DNA from: the human T2T-CHM13v2.0 reference genome, Homo sapiens
DNA: 64,000 bases
Reading direction: 5' to 3' (one strand)
Assembly: GCF_009914755.1 (NCBI RefSeq)
Contig: NC_060936.1
Shown: in pieces, positions 24,906-36,290 of the stretch
Numbering within the stretch: position 1 is the first letter of the stretch
Layout of the letters: each line of letters starts with the position of its first letter
Notes under the pieces: generated by a model
Told to the model about the DNA's origin: nothing
Databases searched by the model: none
What the model saw: the letters and a program-made list of their open reading frames with translations, nothing else
Translations under genes and position numbers: made by a program

Positions 24906-25944
24906 AAAAGGAACTCAAATGAATACTTGCTGTATCTGAATCCAGATGAACAGAAGAAATCCCTCCAAGCACTGTGGCCCTGCGCAGGCCAGAGGCTCTG
25001 GTGGCGATTGGATGTGGGAACACAGTCTGGGTGGAGAGGAGATTTCAGGAGAGAAGAGGAAACGGCGCCATCTCCTTCATTTCATAATCACACTGAAAGC
25101 AGCCCTGGGAGAGGTGAGGATGCAGTGGCTTGATCTCATCCTAAGGAATAAATAACTGGCATCACATTTTAATTAGTGGAGAAGCTCCGGGAGCCAGGCC
25201 TGAGGAAGTGCGCCTTCTGCCGGTGCTCAGAGGCAGACGGGGAGAGCAGGGGGCGAGCCGAGGGTCCAGGACATTTGAAGGGTGGTGGGTAGGAGTGGTG
25301 CTGCGGATGGCTTGGTCTGACCGGCCCAGGGTTTGGAATAGACAGAGTTTTTCTCACTCAGTTGACCTAGTTGACCTTCCCCTCTGAGAAAAATTCGTGA
25401 GGCATTTAAAGAATGATCTTTGCGCCCCTTGGCCTGGGCGCTCTCCTTCTGGGGCGGGAACTCACAGGATGAGGGAGATTTTGTTGGAGCTGTGGAGTGT
25501 AATTACAGGCCTGACAGGTGGCAAGTCAGAGGGAACATCTTACTCTGCAGCCGCTGAAACAATGATTTTAAGCAAGGCGACAGCGGAGAATTCTCCCTAT
25601 TGTGCAGGGCAACCCTGTTGAGCCATAAGCCAGCACCACATCCCCAGTAAAATCAATCCCAGTGGTGGAAGGAGGCCTCCATCCGTTGGACCTGGCACCC
25701 AGCCCACATTGCTCAAGAGCTGTCTCTGGGCCTGGTATATGCTACGCCCTGTGCTACGCTTCTGTAAGCATATGGCTCCTGCCCTCAAGGGGCGCAGAGT
25801 CTAGAGAAGGCTCTGCTAAGGGTCCCAGAAATCAGAGGAGTCAGGCTGAGTGCTGATTCCCAGCTTGGAGGAGTTTACAGATCGCCAGACAGGCAGGCGC
25901 CACACGGCACCTAGAATAGTGTTGGGCACGGACTAGGTACCAAA

Positions 25945-26175
25945 GAAAGAGAATGGAGGGAGAGAGGGAAGGAGGGAGATGGCATGGGGATGGAGGATGG
26001 GAAATAGGGCAGGGAGACAGAAGGTGGGGGACAGGGAGTGCGGGGCTAGAGGAGCGGGCAGAGAGACAGGGAAGGAGGGAGGGAGGTGGATGGGGAGGGT
26101 TGGATAGAAGAGAATGGAGAGAGAGAAGGAGAGGGAGGAGAGCAGGGAAGGAAGGAAGGCAGGCAGGGAGGGAGG
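25945..26175. repeat. Purine-rich (GA/GGA) low-complexity tract
   Basis: About 230 nt strongly dominated by G and A on the plus strand. Confidence 0.85.
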
Positions 26176-26430
26176 CCTACTCCTCTAAGTCCTCAGGAAA
26201 AGGACTGGGAAGCTCAGAGTTGAGCTCCTTTTCTGACAATAGTGGTGTTTCCAAGGACCAATCTTTACTCTCCAGAGTGGGGCTTGTGAGTCTCTCACCC
26301 CAGCTGTTTCCTGGGGCTGTGAAGTTCATCGGCTCCTTTTCCTACCCCATCACCTACCTGTCACCTGTCCTGGGCAGGCAGGGGTCCCCACATATCACTG
26401 CACCCTCGTGGGCTCCCCTGCCCTGTCCTG

Positions 26431-26656
26431 GCAGTGTACATGATGAGCAGCTTACATGATGTGTAGTGTACATGGGGGCGGCGTGCATGGTGGGTGGCCT
26501 GTGGGGGCAGCGTGCATGAAGGCGGCATGCATGGGGGTACCGTGCATGGTGGGCAACATACATGGGGGCAGTGTGCTTGGTAGGCAGCGTACCTGATGGG
26601 TGGCGTACATGGGCAGCGTACATGATGGCCAGTGTACACGATGAGCAGCCACCATG
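26431..26656. repeat. Degenerate minisatellite, ~15-16-bp unit (consensus ~GCAGCGTRCATGRTGG), ~14-15 copies
   Basis: Units read directly: gcagtgtacatgatga, gcagcttacatgatgt, gtagtgtacatgggg, gcggcgtgcatggtgg, ..., gcagcgtacatgatgg, ccagtgtacacgatga. Confidence 0.9.
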
Positions 26657-27631
26657 CATCAGGAGGAAGAGACCTCGCTCCCACGCCACAGCCCCAGGCC
26701 CCAGGCCCCTGACACCCTGGCTCCGAACCCCCAGCAGCCAGCGGGTGGGTTGGATTCCAGGGTCTCCACTCAGGGGCATTGCCGGGTGAGCCTGAGATAA
26801 GGGTGTAGCTCTGCTCATTTCTGGAGGTCTCCACACACCCTCCGGGCAGACCTCATCTTCTTCAGACATTTCTTTTACTCTTTGGCTTGCTCTTGCTGTG
26901 TATTAAATTTGATCTGGGGTGTCTGCAAATGTTGGTGCTCACGGGGGTGTGCTGGGCCGGGAGAGGATGAGCATTCCTCAAGAAGGGAGACAGCAGAGCA
27001 CTAGATGGGAAGGGGCTGGACCCTGAAAGAGCCTGCCAGGTATCCCCTTCTAGCAGGAGGGGCCCCCAGACATTTCACTTCATTCCTTAGGTGTGAGTCA
27101 TGTTCACATTTCAGGGAAAATGCACATCCTTCCCAGAGCTGAGGAAGCCCCATGAGCTATTCTGGTCCTGACACCGGCTCCCACCCTTTAAAGCTCCTGT
27201 CCCTGGGGGTTTTGCTGCAGGATGGTCTCTGAAGTCTGCAGCCAAGTATTTCCCTTCCCTTCTTAGAGGGCCACGTCCCTGGCCTCTTCTCCAGCCCCGG
27301 GGATTCAGGCCATTGGGTGTGTCCCCTGCCTGAGGATAAGCCACAGTGTTACTGACCTGGGCCCCTGACTCCAAATTGAGCATTAGATTGGGTTTCCAGT
27401 GGTTGGTCAGTGCCATGAAAATCTTGGACTTCAGGTCCTGTGGGATCCAGCTACCCTCATCCTAACTCCCTCCTTTGACTTTATTCCAGGCTGACAGAGC
27501 AGCCTGCAGTTCCACCCTCTATAGCTGCCTCTTGGCCTTGCTTTTGTTTAATTCCCATGTATTTGTTGAATATGTATGCATATTTTAGCAAAAATAAAAA
27601 GTAAGCAGAACCCAAATACCAACACGTCCTA

Positions 27632-27650
27632 GTCCATCAGGTGGCAGTGT
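27632..27650 (+). promoter_or_regulatory. CTCF-like core motif
   Basis: GTCCATCAGGTGGCAGTGT against the CTCF core CCASYAGRKGGCRS (one mismatch). Motif only. Confidence 0.4.
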
Positions 27651-28679
27651 ATGTGCTCTCAGTCTGAGAAATATACACAAGTCATTAAATAGCAATTATT
27701 GTAATTAGCAGAATGTACACGTGATTAATCACCCTCTGCCCCCGCTCCTCCATTTACCTTGCCTGTGGCATTAGTGGATACCGTAAGGGGCTGGGAGCCA
27801 GCTTGTGGTATAGAGGAAGGAGAAGGGGAGGGCTGGTTTCTCTGGGGTTTCTTTTCTCTCTGGGGGTGGATGGTTCTTTCTGTGTTACTCTGGACCCCCT
27901 CCAAGGCCACCTCTTCTCTCCTCCCTTTCTCTGTGACCCATCCCAAAACACGGCTTCCCTCAAGAAAAGCTCTCTATTAAATCAGCAGCTTGGAGGTGTG
28001 CAGTCTCAGCCAGGCATTCAGGCCAAGGCAGCTAGGGGTAGGAGCAGGAGACAAAAAGGATGAGGTTCCTGGGTGCTTGGAAACCCTCATTCCCTGCACC
28101 TATGGCTCGGGGATAGTCACAGGTCCTGGGTGACCTGCCAGACAAGCTAGACCATCTACAACCCTGGGGGGCCCAGAGGAGGGGCTTCCATCACCACACG
28201 GATGCTGCAGCAGCAGCTGTGTAAGGCAATGGATGGCTGAGGCTGCAGCCTATAATCACGTATTTACAGTTGCTGCATTATGGAAAATTAAAGGTGTGTG
28301 AGGCACAGCCTCTTCAGCCAACAGAGGCTGTCTGCTTGGGCTCAGCTCAGGCAGCCAGTGTCACCTGCAGCTGGAACTGCTTCAAATCCTCCTACCTGTC
28401 CAGGGGAGGGGCTTTTTCTGGCTTCCAAGGTGGTCGTTGGGGGGGTGGGGGAAGAGCAGGTGCCTGTACTCACCTTGGCTCCTCCTTTGTTCCTGGGTGG
28501 GATGGATTTGTTCTGTTTTCTGTCCACCTGTTAGGGCAACATAGCTTTTGGAGTCCCATTTTGAGCAAGGTGCATTAGCCTGGCTCAGTTCCTTATCTGT
28601 AAAATGGGCACTTGTACCCATCTCGTAGGGCTGATGGGATGATTGAATGCAATACTGCTTAGCCTTGTGTTTACATTAA

Positions 28680-29060
28680 TTAGTTTATTAATTCTGGTGG
28701 TTTGATAAATATTGAGCACCTACAGTGTGTCAGGATGAATGACTCTAGGCTCTGGGGATAAAGCAGTGGCTGAGATACAGCTTGCATTTAGTGGCATGTG
28801 TGAGCATGTGTGTGGGGAGAACAAACAACTAAGCAGGTAAACAAGTGAATAAACAAGGTAATTTCATATAGCACTAGGTGCCATGAAGAAGGTAAAGTCA
28901 TATGGGCTGGGAGGTGCGGGCTCTGAGAAGGTGACATTTGAGCCGAGACTTGAATGAGGATGAAGTCCTAGCCATGTGAAGATCTGGAGGAGAAGTTGCC
29001 AGGCAGAGGGAACAGCTCGTGCAAAGTCCTTGGGGCAGGAATGAATGAAGTCTGTGATTA
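28680..29060 (-). mobile_element. L2 fragment
   Basis: aaatattgagcacctacagtgtgtcagg...ctggggataaagcagtg...ctctgagaaggtgacatttgagccgagacttgaatga...ccaggcagagggaacagc. Confidence 0.8.
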
Positions 29061-32000
29061 TGTTGTGATGGCAACTGGTTCCTTCCTCGAAGGTAAAGTC
29101 TGGATCAAGTTTGCATTAAATCCCAAGGTGACCTGGTGGTATACATCAGAGAATCTTCCACCTGGGAGTGAAGGGCTGAGTTCTTGGGAGGTGTCCCAGA
29201 TTAGCCTGATCTATCAGAACTAGACGCAGCTGCTGAGGCTCATTATTGTGTTCAATAGCCAAAACTAATTTATTTATAGGGCATTATTAAGAAATCGATT
29301 TAATTTGCACTTTGGGTCAATTGAGTTGCTTCACACTTGTGTGTGCACATTGTTTATCTTTACAAGTTATTTTCCGTGCACATGTGCCTGTGTGGGTGAT
29401 GAACAAGGAGAAGTGCTTGAGAGCCCGGGAAAGGCACATCTGCCTACAAGGTGAATCGGGCTGAATCACAGGGGCACTGGAGCCACCCCCAGATGAAGAC
29501 ATCTATTTTCAATGAATGTAGTAAAGCTTTTCCTAACTTCAGAAGCCAGCAGGTGGACTAAGGGCTGGGAGGGCCCGAGGGCCTGCCCAGCACATTGACT
29601 CTGGAGACTACGCATTGTATATTCCTGCCACCGTGGGAGACTCCCAATGGCCACCAGTGGTCATGATGCCCGGGCATGTGTGGCGCTGTACAGTCATGAA
29701 TCACTTCCATCTGCACGATCTGCAGGCTCAGAACAGCCCTATGAGAAGGCAAGAGAGAAATCATCTTCTCCATTTTACAGATGAAAAATGAGGCTCTGAA
29801 ACCTTAGTGGACTGTCCAGGCTAGAAACGGGACCCTCCCAAAGTCAGGTGTTCCTCCCCCTTGCCTCCCTCTCTCCCTTCCTTCTGCTCACCCCAAATGC
29901 TTTGTTGAGCCCCTTCTTACCATGCCGCGTTGCACGGCAGTTATGCTGTGGCATTGCCACCTGCCAGCTTGCCTGGGCTCGAATTTCAGCTCTATCCCAT
30001 AGCCTGTTGCATGAGCATCTGTCTCACGAGGTTACCTTGGAAGTTAAGTGGGTGAATACATGGCAGGTACTTAGAGCAGCGCTTGGTCCATAGCAAGCAC
30101 TCCACAAACGTGAGTGGTTGGGTGATGAAGTGGCCCTCCGCCTGCCTGCTGCACCACGCTGTCCCGACGCTGTCTGTTCTGAAGGTCCTCACCACTCCCC
30201 ATAGCTGTGGTCCAGCCCTGGTCTCTGAAGTTCTTCTTTCTTGTCCTCTCCATTTACCTGCCTGTTCTCTGTGACGATCCTCAAGCCCTATGCTCTTTCC
30301 CCATCTTCTCCCTCCCCGCCTTCCTCCTTCCTTCCCTGTTTCTCCTCTCTTCTTTGCACACACGGGAGACAGCCAGACACGGCTGTAGCTCTTTTTCAGC
30401 CGACCTTGCTTCCTCTATCTCAATCTGGTAATTCACAACCCTAAGGAAATTTGAAGTTCTGAAGATGTTCTTTAAGCTCACAATCCAGAAAATAATAATT
30501 TTTTAAAAAGTATTTCAGCAGCCTTCACTGGCCACAATGTTGAGGGGCTCTGCTCCCCCTGGAGAGGTCTCTCTAGCCTAGATATGCTGGGGTTCACTGC
30601 CTGCAGCTGCACCTTGGCAAAGACCAAGGGAGGAAGTTGGGCCTGTTTGTGGAATAGGAAAATAGTGGCAGAATCTGAGAGGACGGTGAGTGTCGCCATC
30701 AGAACAGGATTAGAGTAGACCCACATAGGAGGCGGGATCTTCAGCTGGCCCCACCACACCTACCCCTCACCACCCTGTCCTCCCCTGCAGTGCCCACACA
30801 CTGAGCTTGCTGCCCTGGACCTGTCCCCTGCGACCCTCAAAAAACCAGACCTGAGGCAGCTTCCATCCCTGCCCAGTGACAGCTCATCCCACAGTTTATC
30901 TTCTGCGAGCTCATGCTTCCTGTTCCTGGGTTGTAGCCCAGCACATGACCAGGAGATTTGGGGAAATGGTGCATTAACTTCAGGGTGGGTCTAATGGAGG
31001 CTGCGTAGGGCATTGTGGGAGTCCGTGCAGGGAGGAGCTTTTGGTGGGGGAGGGGGTTGGGGCAGGGACCTCTGTCTCTGTCTGGAATCAGAACCTCCCC
31101 CTGGTTCCCAGCAGAGCCTAGACGGATGGGGGCGTACAGTGGGGTAGTGGTGGTGAGTGAAGGGCATGGAGAAGATGAAATCTGAGTCCTTCCATTCCAG
31201 TTCTCCATCGCAGGAGCCGGGTCTGTTTATCTGGTGAGTCTGGCTCATGTAGTCAGTCTGGACATTTCCATTTGAGAACAAGCCAGTTGGCTCTATATAT
31301 AACCCAAATGTCCAGAGAATTGTCAATCCTTCCCTTCAAGTCTAAAAATAGGAGAGCAAGTCCCAGTTCTGATGCTTAAAGATGACTCACTCTAGCCACT
31401 CTAGCCTCAGTTTCCCTCAAAAGCCCGGGGGATGGGGCTGACACCTCAGGGCTTCCATGGGCCTGGCACAAAACGTGAAACCACCTCACAGGGCCACAGA
31501 CACTTAGAGGGGCCTGACAAGTGTTCATTTCTCGATTCATTTTGCTTTGGGGAGATTTTGGATTTTTTGTCATCTCATTTCTCTGGACCAAGAAGGGACA
31601 AGCCGCGCCCTTGCTGCCCGAATCTCCACCTGGTGGCACCTGAGTTTGTGCCCAGATGACACGCTGGAGTTGTCCTGTTTTTGTCCAAGACCATTGCACA
31701 CATGCCTGAGGAACACACAGCAGCCCTGGGTCCCGCGCTTGCACTCGGAGCTGCCCGGGCCCCGCCTCCCCAGGAGAAAAGGCTCCCTGAGCTGCACCTG
31801 CTGGAGCAGGCATGCTGCCAGGACCCTGATGTTTCAGCTGCTTCTCTGCTCTGTGATTCTGTCTGAAGTAGGAAATAGGGCAGGCTTGCTGGTAGACTCC
31901 AGAGGTCATTAAAAATATGCAAAGGAAATAAACAGGCCTCCATCAATCACCTCCTTGGCGGGCTTGCTTGGAAGGGTGGCTGGGGAAGGGCATGCTGGGT

Positions 32001-32079
32001 CTGGGGCACAGAGCTGGGCCTCTCGGGGGGTTTGCTGTCTGTCTTGCTCTCCATGTGATGAACTCTGTCAGGAAAATGC

Positions 32080-32275
32080 CATGGAGTACCTACTACGTGC
32101 CAGGGACTGCGCTGGATAGCTTTCTGTAAGCTATTTAGTCGTTACTGTTGCCTGGCGAGGAGTGAATTACTGTCCATTTCCACAGATGAGAACACTGAGG
32201 CTCAGAGAGGTTAAATGACTGACAAAAGAGGTTAAATCACACAGGTTTAGACCCAGCTCTGGTTTCAAAGCTCTG
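32080..32275 (-). mobile_element. MIR
   Basis: gagtacctactacgtgccaggg...ccatttccacagatgagaacactgaggctcagagaggttaaatgacttg. Confidence 0.8.
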
Positions 32276-32704
32276 CCTGGACCTGGGCTCTCTTTCCCAA
32301 GGTCTGTGCCAGCCGAGAGCCCTCTGCAGTCCTGTAAAGCGGATGAGTGTGCCGCCCTACCCTGGCTCCCATCTCCTATGCTCTGTGTGTCACCTGCTGT
32401 CCGGAGGCACCCACCCTCACTACAGCCCCTCCTGGGCAACCTCTGCCCACCATCCATACTATCTGGTCTCAAGACCCATTTCCTCTGAGCTGCTCTCACA
32501 TTGGAAAATTATCCAAGAAACTCTCTGATACAGTGAGAATACCTGGTCGGGAAATAGTAGATTAGTTTACTAGGGGAGCACCTTGTTTTCACAGAGGCAA
32601 CGTGTTTTAACAGAGGACTCCTGGAACCAATCCTAAGAAGTAAATGTCTAATAGTTGAAATTTGTTCTTTTTGGGTACATGGTATATGGTTTATTGGAAG
32701 GAAT

Positions 32705-32890
32705 ATCGGCTGTAGAGTTACATATCAAATCCCAACCCTCACTTACTCGTTGTGTGAACTTGGACAAATTATGCAAACTCTCTGAGCTCCCACTGTACCA
32801 TTTGTAATACGGGGATAAGTGAAGTTACGCACACAAAGTGCACAGCACAGAGCCTGGCATTCAGCAGGACCATCAATAAATATGAGTTTC
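32705..32890 (+). mobile_element. MIR
   Basis: tcaaatccca...cacttactcgttgtgtgaacttggacaaatta...ctctctgagctc...atttgtaatacggggataa...cacagagcctggcat. Confidence 0.75.
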
Positions 32891-33494
32891 CTTCCTTTCC
32901 CTTTGAGGGCAAACAGGTTTTGCTGCTTTCCTTCAAGTCATGTAATAGCCACCAACTTCACTTATGCATCAGCCCAGCCCTGGCCATGTAGACAAGGTGG
33001 TGGTGTTCTGTACCTTTCGTGAAGGGACACTCAGGCCACGAGCTCTGCGGACAGCAGGAAGTTTTCCCTAGGCCAGGGAGGAAGAGGGGGACTGAAATAG
33101 GACTTCCTTCAGACATCGCCACCAGCCGCTACTGTGTGTGCGAGCTCAACTGGCTTTTCCCAAGGGGCCCTTCATTCCACTCACGGCAAACATCAGCCTG
33201 GCCAGCCCCCTGAGGACGGCTGTGAGGAAGGGCACACAAGGGCCTGCAGAAACTCTGGGGGCAGCAGGGGGAGGCAGGACTCACCCACATTTCAGGGGGA
33301 GCGTTTTTGTTCTTCATCATCAATTTTTTTCAGAAGGGCTTTTGAGGGGTGGACTAAAGGAGGCAGGGAGAGAAAAAGGAGGATGACGAGGGAGGAGAGA
33401 GAGAGCAGAGAAATGGTGCATAAAGGGGGCAGATAGTTAGGAGGATAAAGGTGGACGGTATAAGCTGCCCTTCATTCAGAGGGAACGCGCTGAT

Positions 33495-33673
33495 CTCATG
33501 TTCATTAACCATCAGCTGGGAATCTTGTTAAAACTGCACATTTTGAAAACTTAATGCAAATCTTTGAACTTTGATTCAATAAGTCTAAACTAGGTCCCTA
33601 GGAATATGCATTTTAACCAGCTCTTCTAGCAATTTGGATGTAGATATTTGGAGACCACACTTTGAGAAGTACA
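33495..33673. mobile_element. MER5B-like fragment
   Basis: atcagctgggaatcttgttaaaa...tgattcaataagtct...gaatatgcattttaaccagctc...ggagaccacactttgagaag. Confidence 0.65.
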
Positions 33674-34174
33674 GAACCTTCAGCTGGGCCCTGGAATGGA
33701 GATTCTCGAAAGTCCCAGGCTCCTTTCCCTGGTAAAAGCAGATTCTTTATCTCATTATAGGGGCTGCCACTGCCCTTGGACTACAGGAGCTATTTTCCAG
33801 GAATGTAATCAGGCTTGACCCCTGCCTCCTAGCTCTCGCCATGCTGTGTCTCCTAGTAAATACCTGCCTGCAACTCTTGGCATTGTTTTTGGCCTTGAGG
33901 GCCCAGCCTGTATTTCACCCTGTTCTCAAGGCCTGGCTGCATTGATCAGCCCACTGGATTTACTGCCTGAAACAAAGCTTAGCGTGATACTTGATCGATC
34001 TCTCCTCATTTCATGTCACTCAGAATGGCTCCTGCTGGAAGGTACCTGAGAGACGATCTGGTTCAATTGTCCTTAACCAGGGTAGGCATCAACAACTGCT
34101 TGTGAAGCTTTGTAAAAATAGGCAGGGCCAAACTCCAGGAGGCTCCTGATTTGGTGAACATTCTCTCTATAGTG

Positions 34175-34405
34175 CCATGGCAGATATATCAGTTACCCTC
34201 TAGTATTCATTCTTGCCTCCTTCTTCCTCTGCTGGGAATGTGGATGTGATGGCTGCAGCTTTAGTTGCCATCTTGGACCATGAGTAGGAGATGATCAGCT
34301 AGTGAGCTGGAAGCATCTGGTGTCCACAGACTGAGTGGAGTAGACTGTTCACCTCGGAGTTTTACATAAGAGAGAAGAAATGAACTTCTATGTTGTTTAA
34401 TTAAC
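34175..34405 (+). mobile_element. Old MLT1 (J/K/L-type) LTR fragment
   Basis: ggaatgtggatgtgatggctgcagct...gccatcttggaccatgag...agagagaagaaatgaacttctatgttgtttaa. Confidence 0.65.
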
Positions 34406-35899
34406 AAAAAAAAAGGAAGCCCAGACCTGCTCCTTGAGATTGAGGTCCTGGATGCTGAATTCCTGTTCTTCTCAATTTTCCGCTAGCTTTGTAAGTTATT
34501 TGCAGGTAACTGCTGTACGTATACTTCCTTTGCAGATCTTACGAAATGAAACACACTGCCAGGCATCTACAGTTAAACAACAAACACTTAGCTGACTGAG
34601 CAAGTGGTTGATTAGGTTGCCTATCCTCCCCTTTCTACTCAAAGAAAATGGGGTTCATTGGTAGCGTCAGGAATTCTGGGCTTTCTTCCTGATTCTGATT
34701 CTGATTTCGTTCTGTGCCTTGGCATTCACTGTGGTCCACGGTAGAATGACAGTCTTTAACCAGACGACCTCCACACTCCATCCATTTCTAACATTCTGAC
34801 CTAACGGTAGTTCTGAGAGGTGTTCGTGTGGTGTGAGCAGGAACTCGGGATATGTGAACCTGATTGGCTAAGCTTACCTTGTGGTTGGCTGACAAATGAC
34901 TAGGAAATGGATGGAGCTGGGGGTTGATGCAACAGTGTAATTACAAGGAAGATGGTGAACTTGGAAGGTTGCCTTGCCAAAAGCAAAACGAAAATTCAGT
35001 TACCTCATTATAGGTACTCATGAAGGAAGATGGTGTCAGAGGAAAAATCAGCATGACTGGACCTGCTGAGGTGAAATCACTGGGAGGTGAGGTTGTACCT
35101 GAAAACTGGACCTCAGTGGAAAACCCTCAGATGGTTCCTCACCTTACTTCCTCCTTCACCTATGGCCTGTTCTCCTGAATATCCAGTTCAAAAGATGAGA
35201 TCATTTAATTACTCTGTAGGAGAACATATCTTCCAGATGCCCTAGATAGGGGGGCAGTTCTTTGCAGAGGAAGATTTTGATAGAACTTCAGCCAAAAGAG
35301 TAGTTTCATTAGATCTGTCAAAGCGGCAAGGCTGCTGGCTCCTTTTCTCCCCGTGCACTGAGAGTAGAGAGGGTGCTGGCTGTAATATCTCTTGCCCCCC
35401 AAATGATCCTTGAGCTTTCAAGGTTCACAGAAATTTCCTGGATGCCCCAGTTCTTTCTTCTTAGTACCTGGGTAGCAGAACCTCCCTGGGGATACTCAGC
35501 TCCCTTTATTAGAGAGCTTCTGCCCAGTGAGGCTTTGTGCCCAGGTTTAACATAAGTTCCTGGGGTGCTGTGATAGCAGTGAAGTCACTAGGATTCTAGC
35601 ATTTTTGCCCCCTTCTTTTATTTTAATTTGTCCAAAGGTGTGACTTAGTACTGACCCCAGAATGGGTGTTAGAATGAGCTGAAGCGATGGGTGGATTAGT
35701 CAAGTTTAGCTCCAAATGCAGCCCTGATTGTCTGCTTTTGTTCATTCTCCCTAGGAAAGGCATTAAGAACCCCAAAAGTGAACATTAGTGAATTATCACT
35801 CTTCAGACCAACTGGAGCAGCTTCAGTATGGAAAACATAGGTGGGCATGGGCTTGATAGATGAGTTTTATGGAAGCTGAGAACTGAATCAATGAATGCC

Positions 35900-36290
35900 A
35901 CTTGGTCTGTTCTTGGGCCATTTATTCGCCATCTTGGTGCAATTAGACAAGGATGTCTAGATGGGGGCTTTTACTGTGTCAGCTTCAATTAGCAAGTCAT
36001 TTTTAGTTGTTGCTAATGCATCTTCTTTATTGTGCCATTGATCAATTGCAACATTCACTTTGACAGTGTGGGTAGACAAGGCCACTCAAGGCAGCCTCCA
36101 CAGAATGACTAAGGAGCAATGCGGTGTCTCATCTGGGACCAAGTGGAATTTGTCTGTGTAATAATCAGGTGAAATTGAGTACTGCTTGTTGTCACCCTTG
36201 TTCTATTTTTACCTCTCGGATTGATTTTTTCAGGATCAATGACAGTATGGGCATTAACAAAATTTGCTGTGGATGCCTCCTGGTTTTGTG
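35900..36290 (+). mobile_element. Ancient non-LTR retrotransposon reverse-transcriptase relic (RTE-like, e.g. L4/RTE-X)
   Basis: Frameshifted but ordered RT motifs: GAIRQGCLD (~35936), FTVSASISK, LYCAID, FDSVGR (36059-36076), CLLSPLFY (36183-36206), LTKFAVD (36254-36274). Confidence 0.6.

Noticed and set aside
26431-26656. Possible CRISPR-like array
   Set aside because: Contiguous degenerate units with no unique spacers, no cas genes, primate context.
25953-26869. Overlapping 157-171 aa ORFs on both strands
   Set aside because: Produced by the stop-poor purine tract and the minisatellite.
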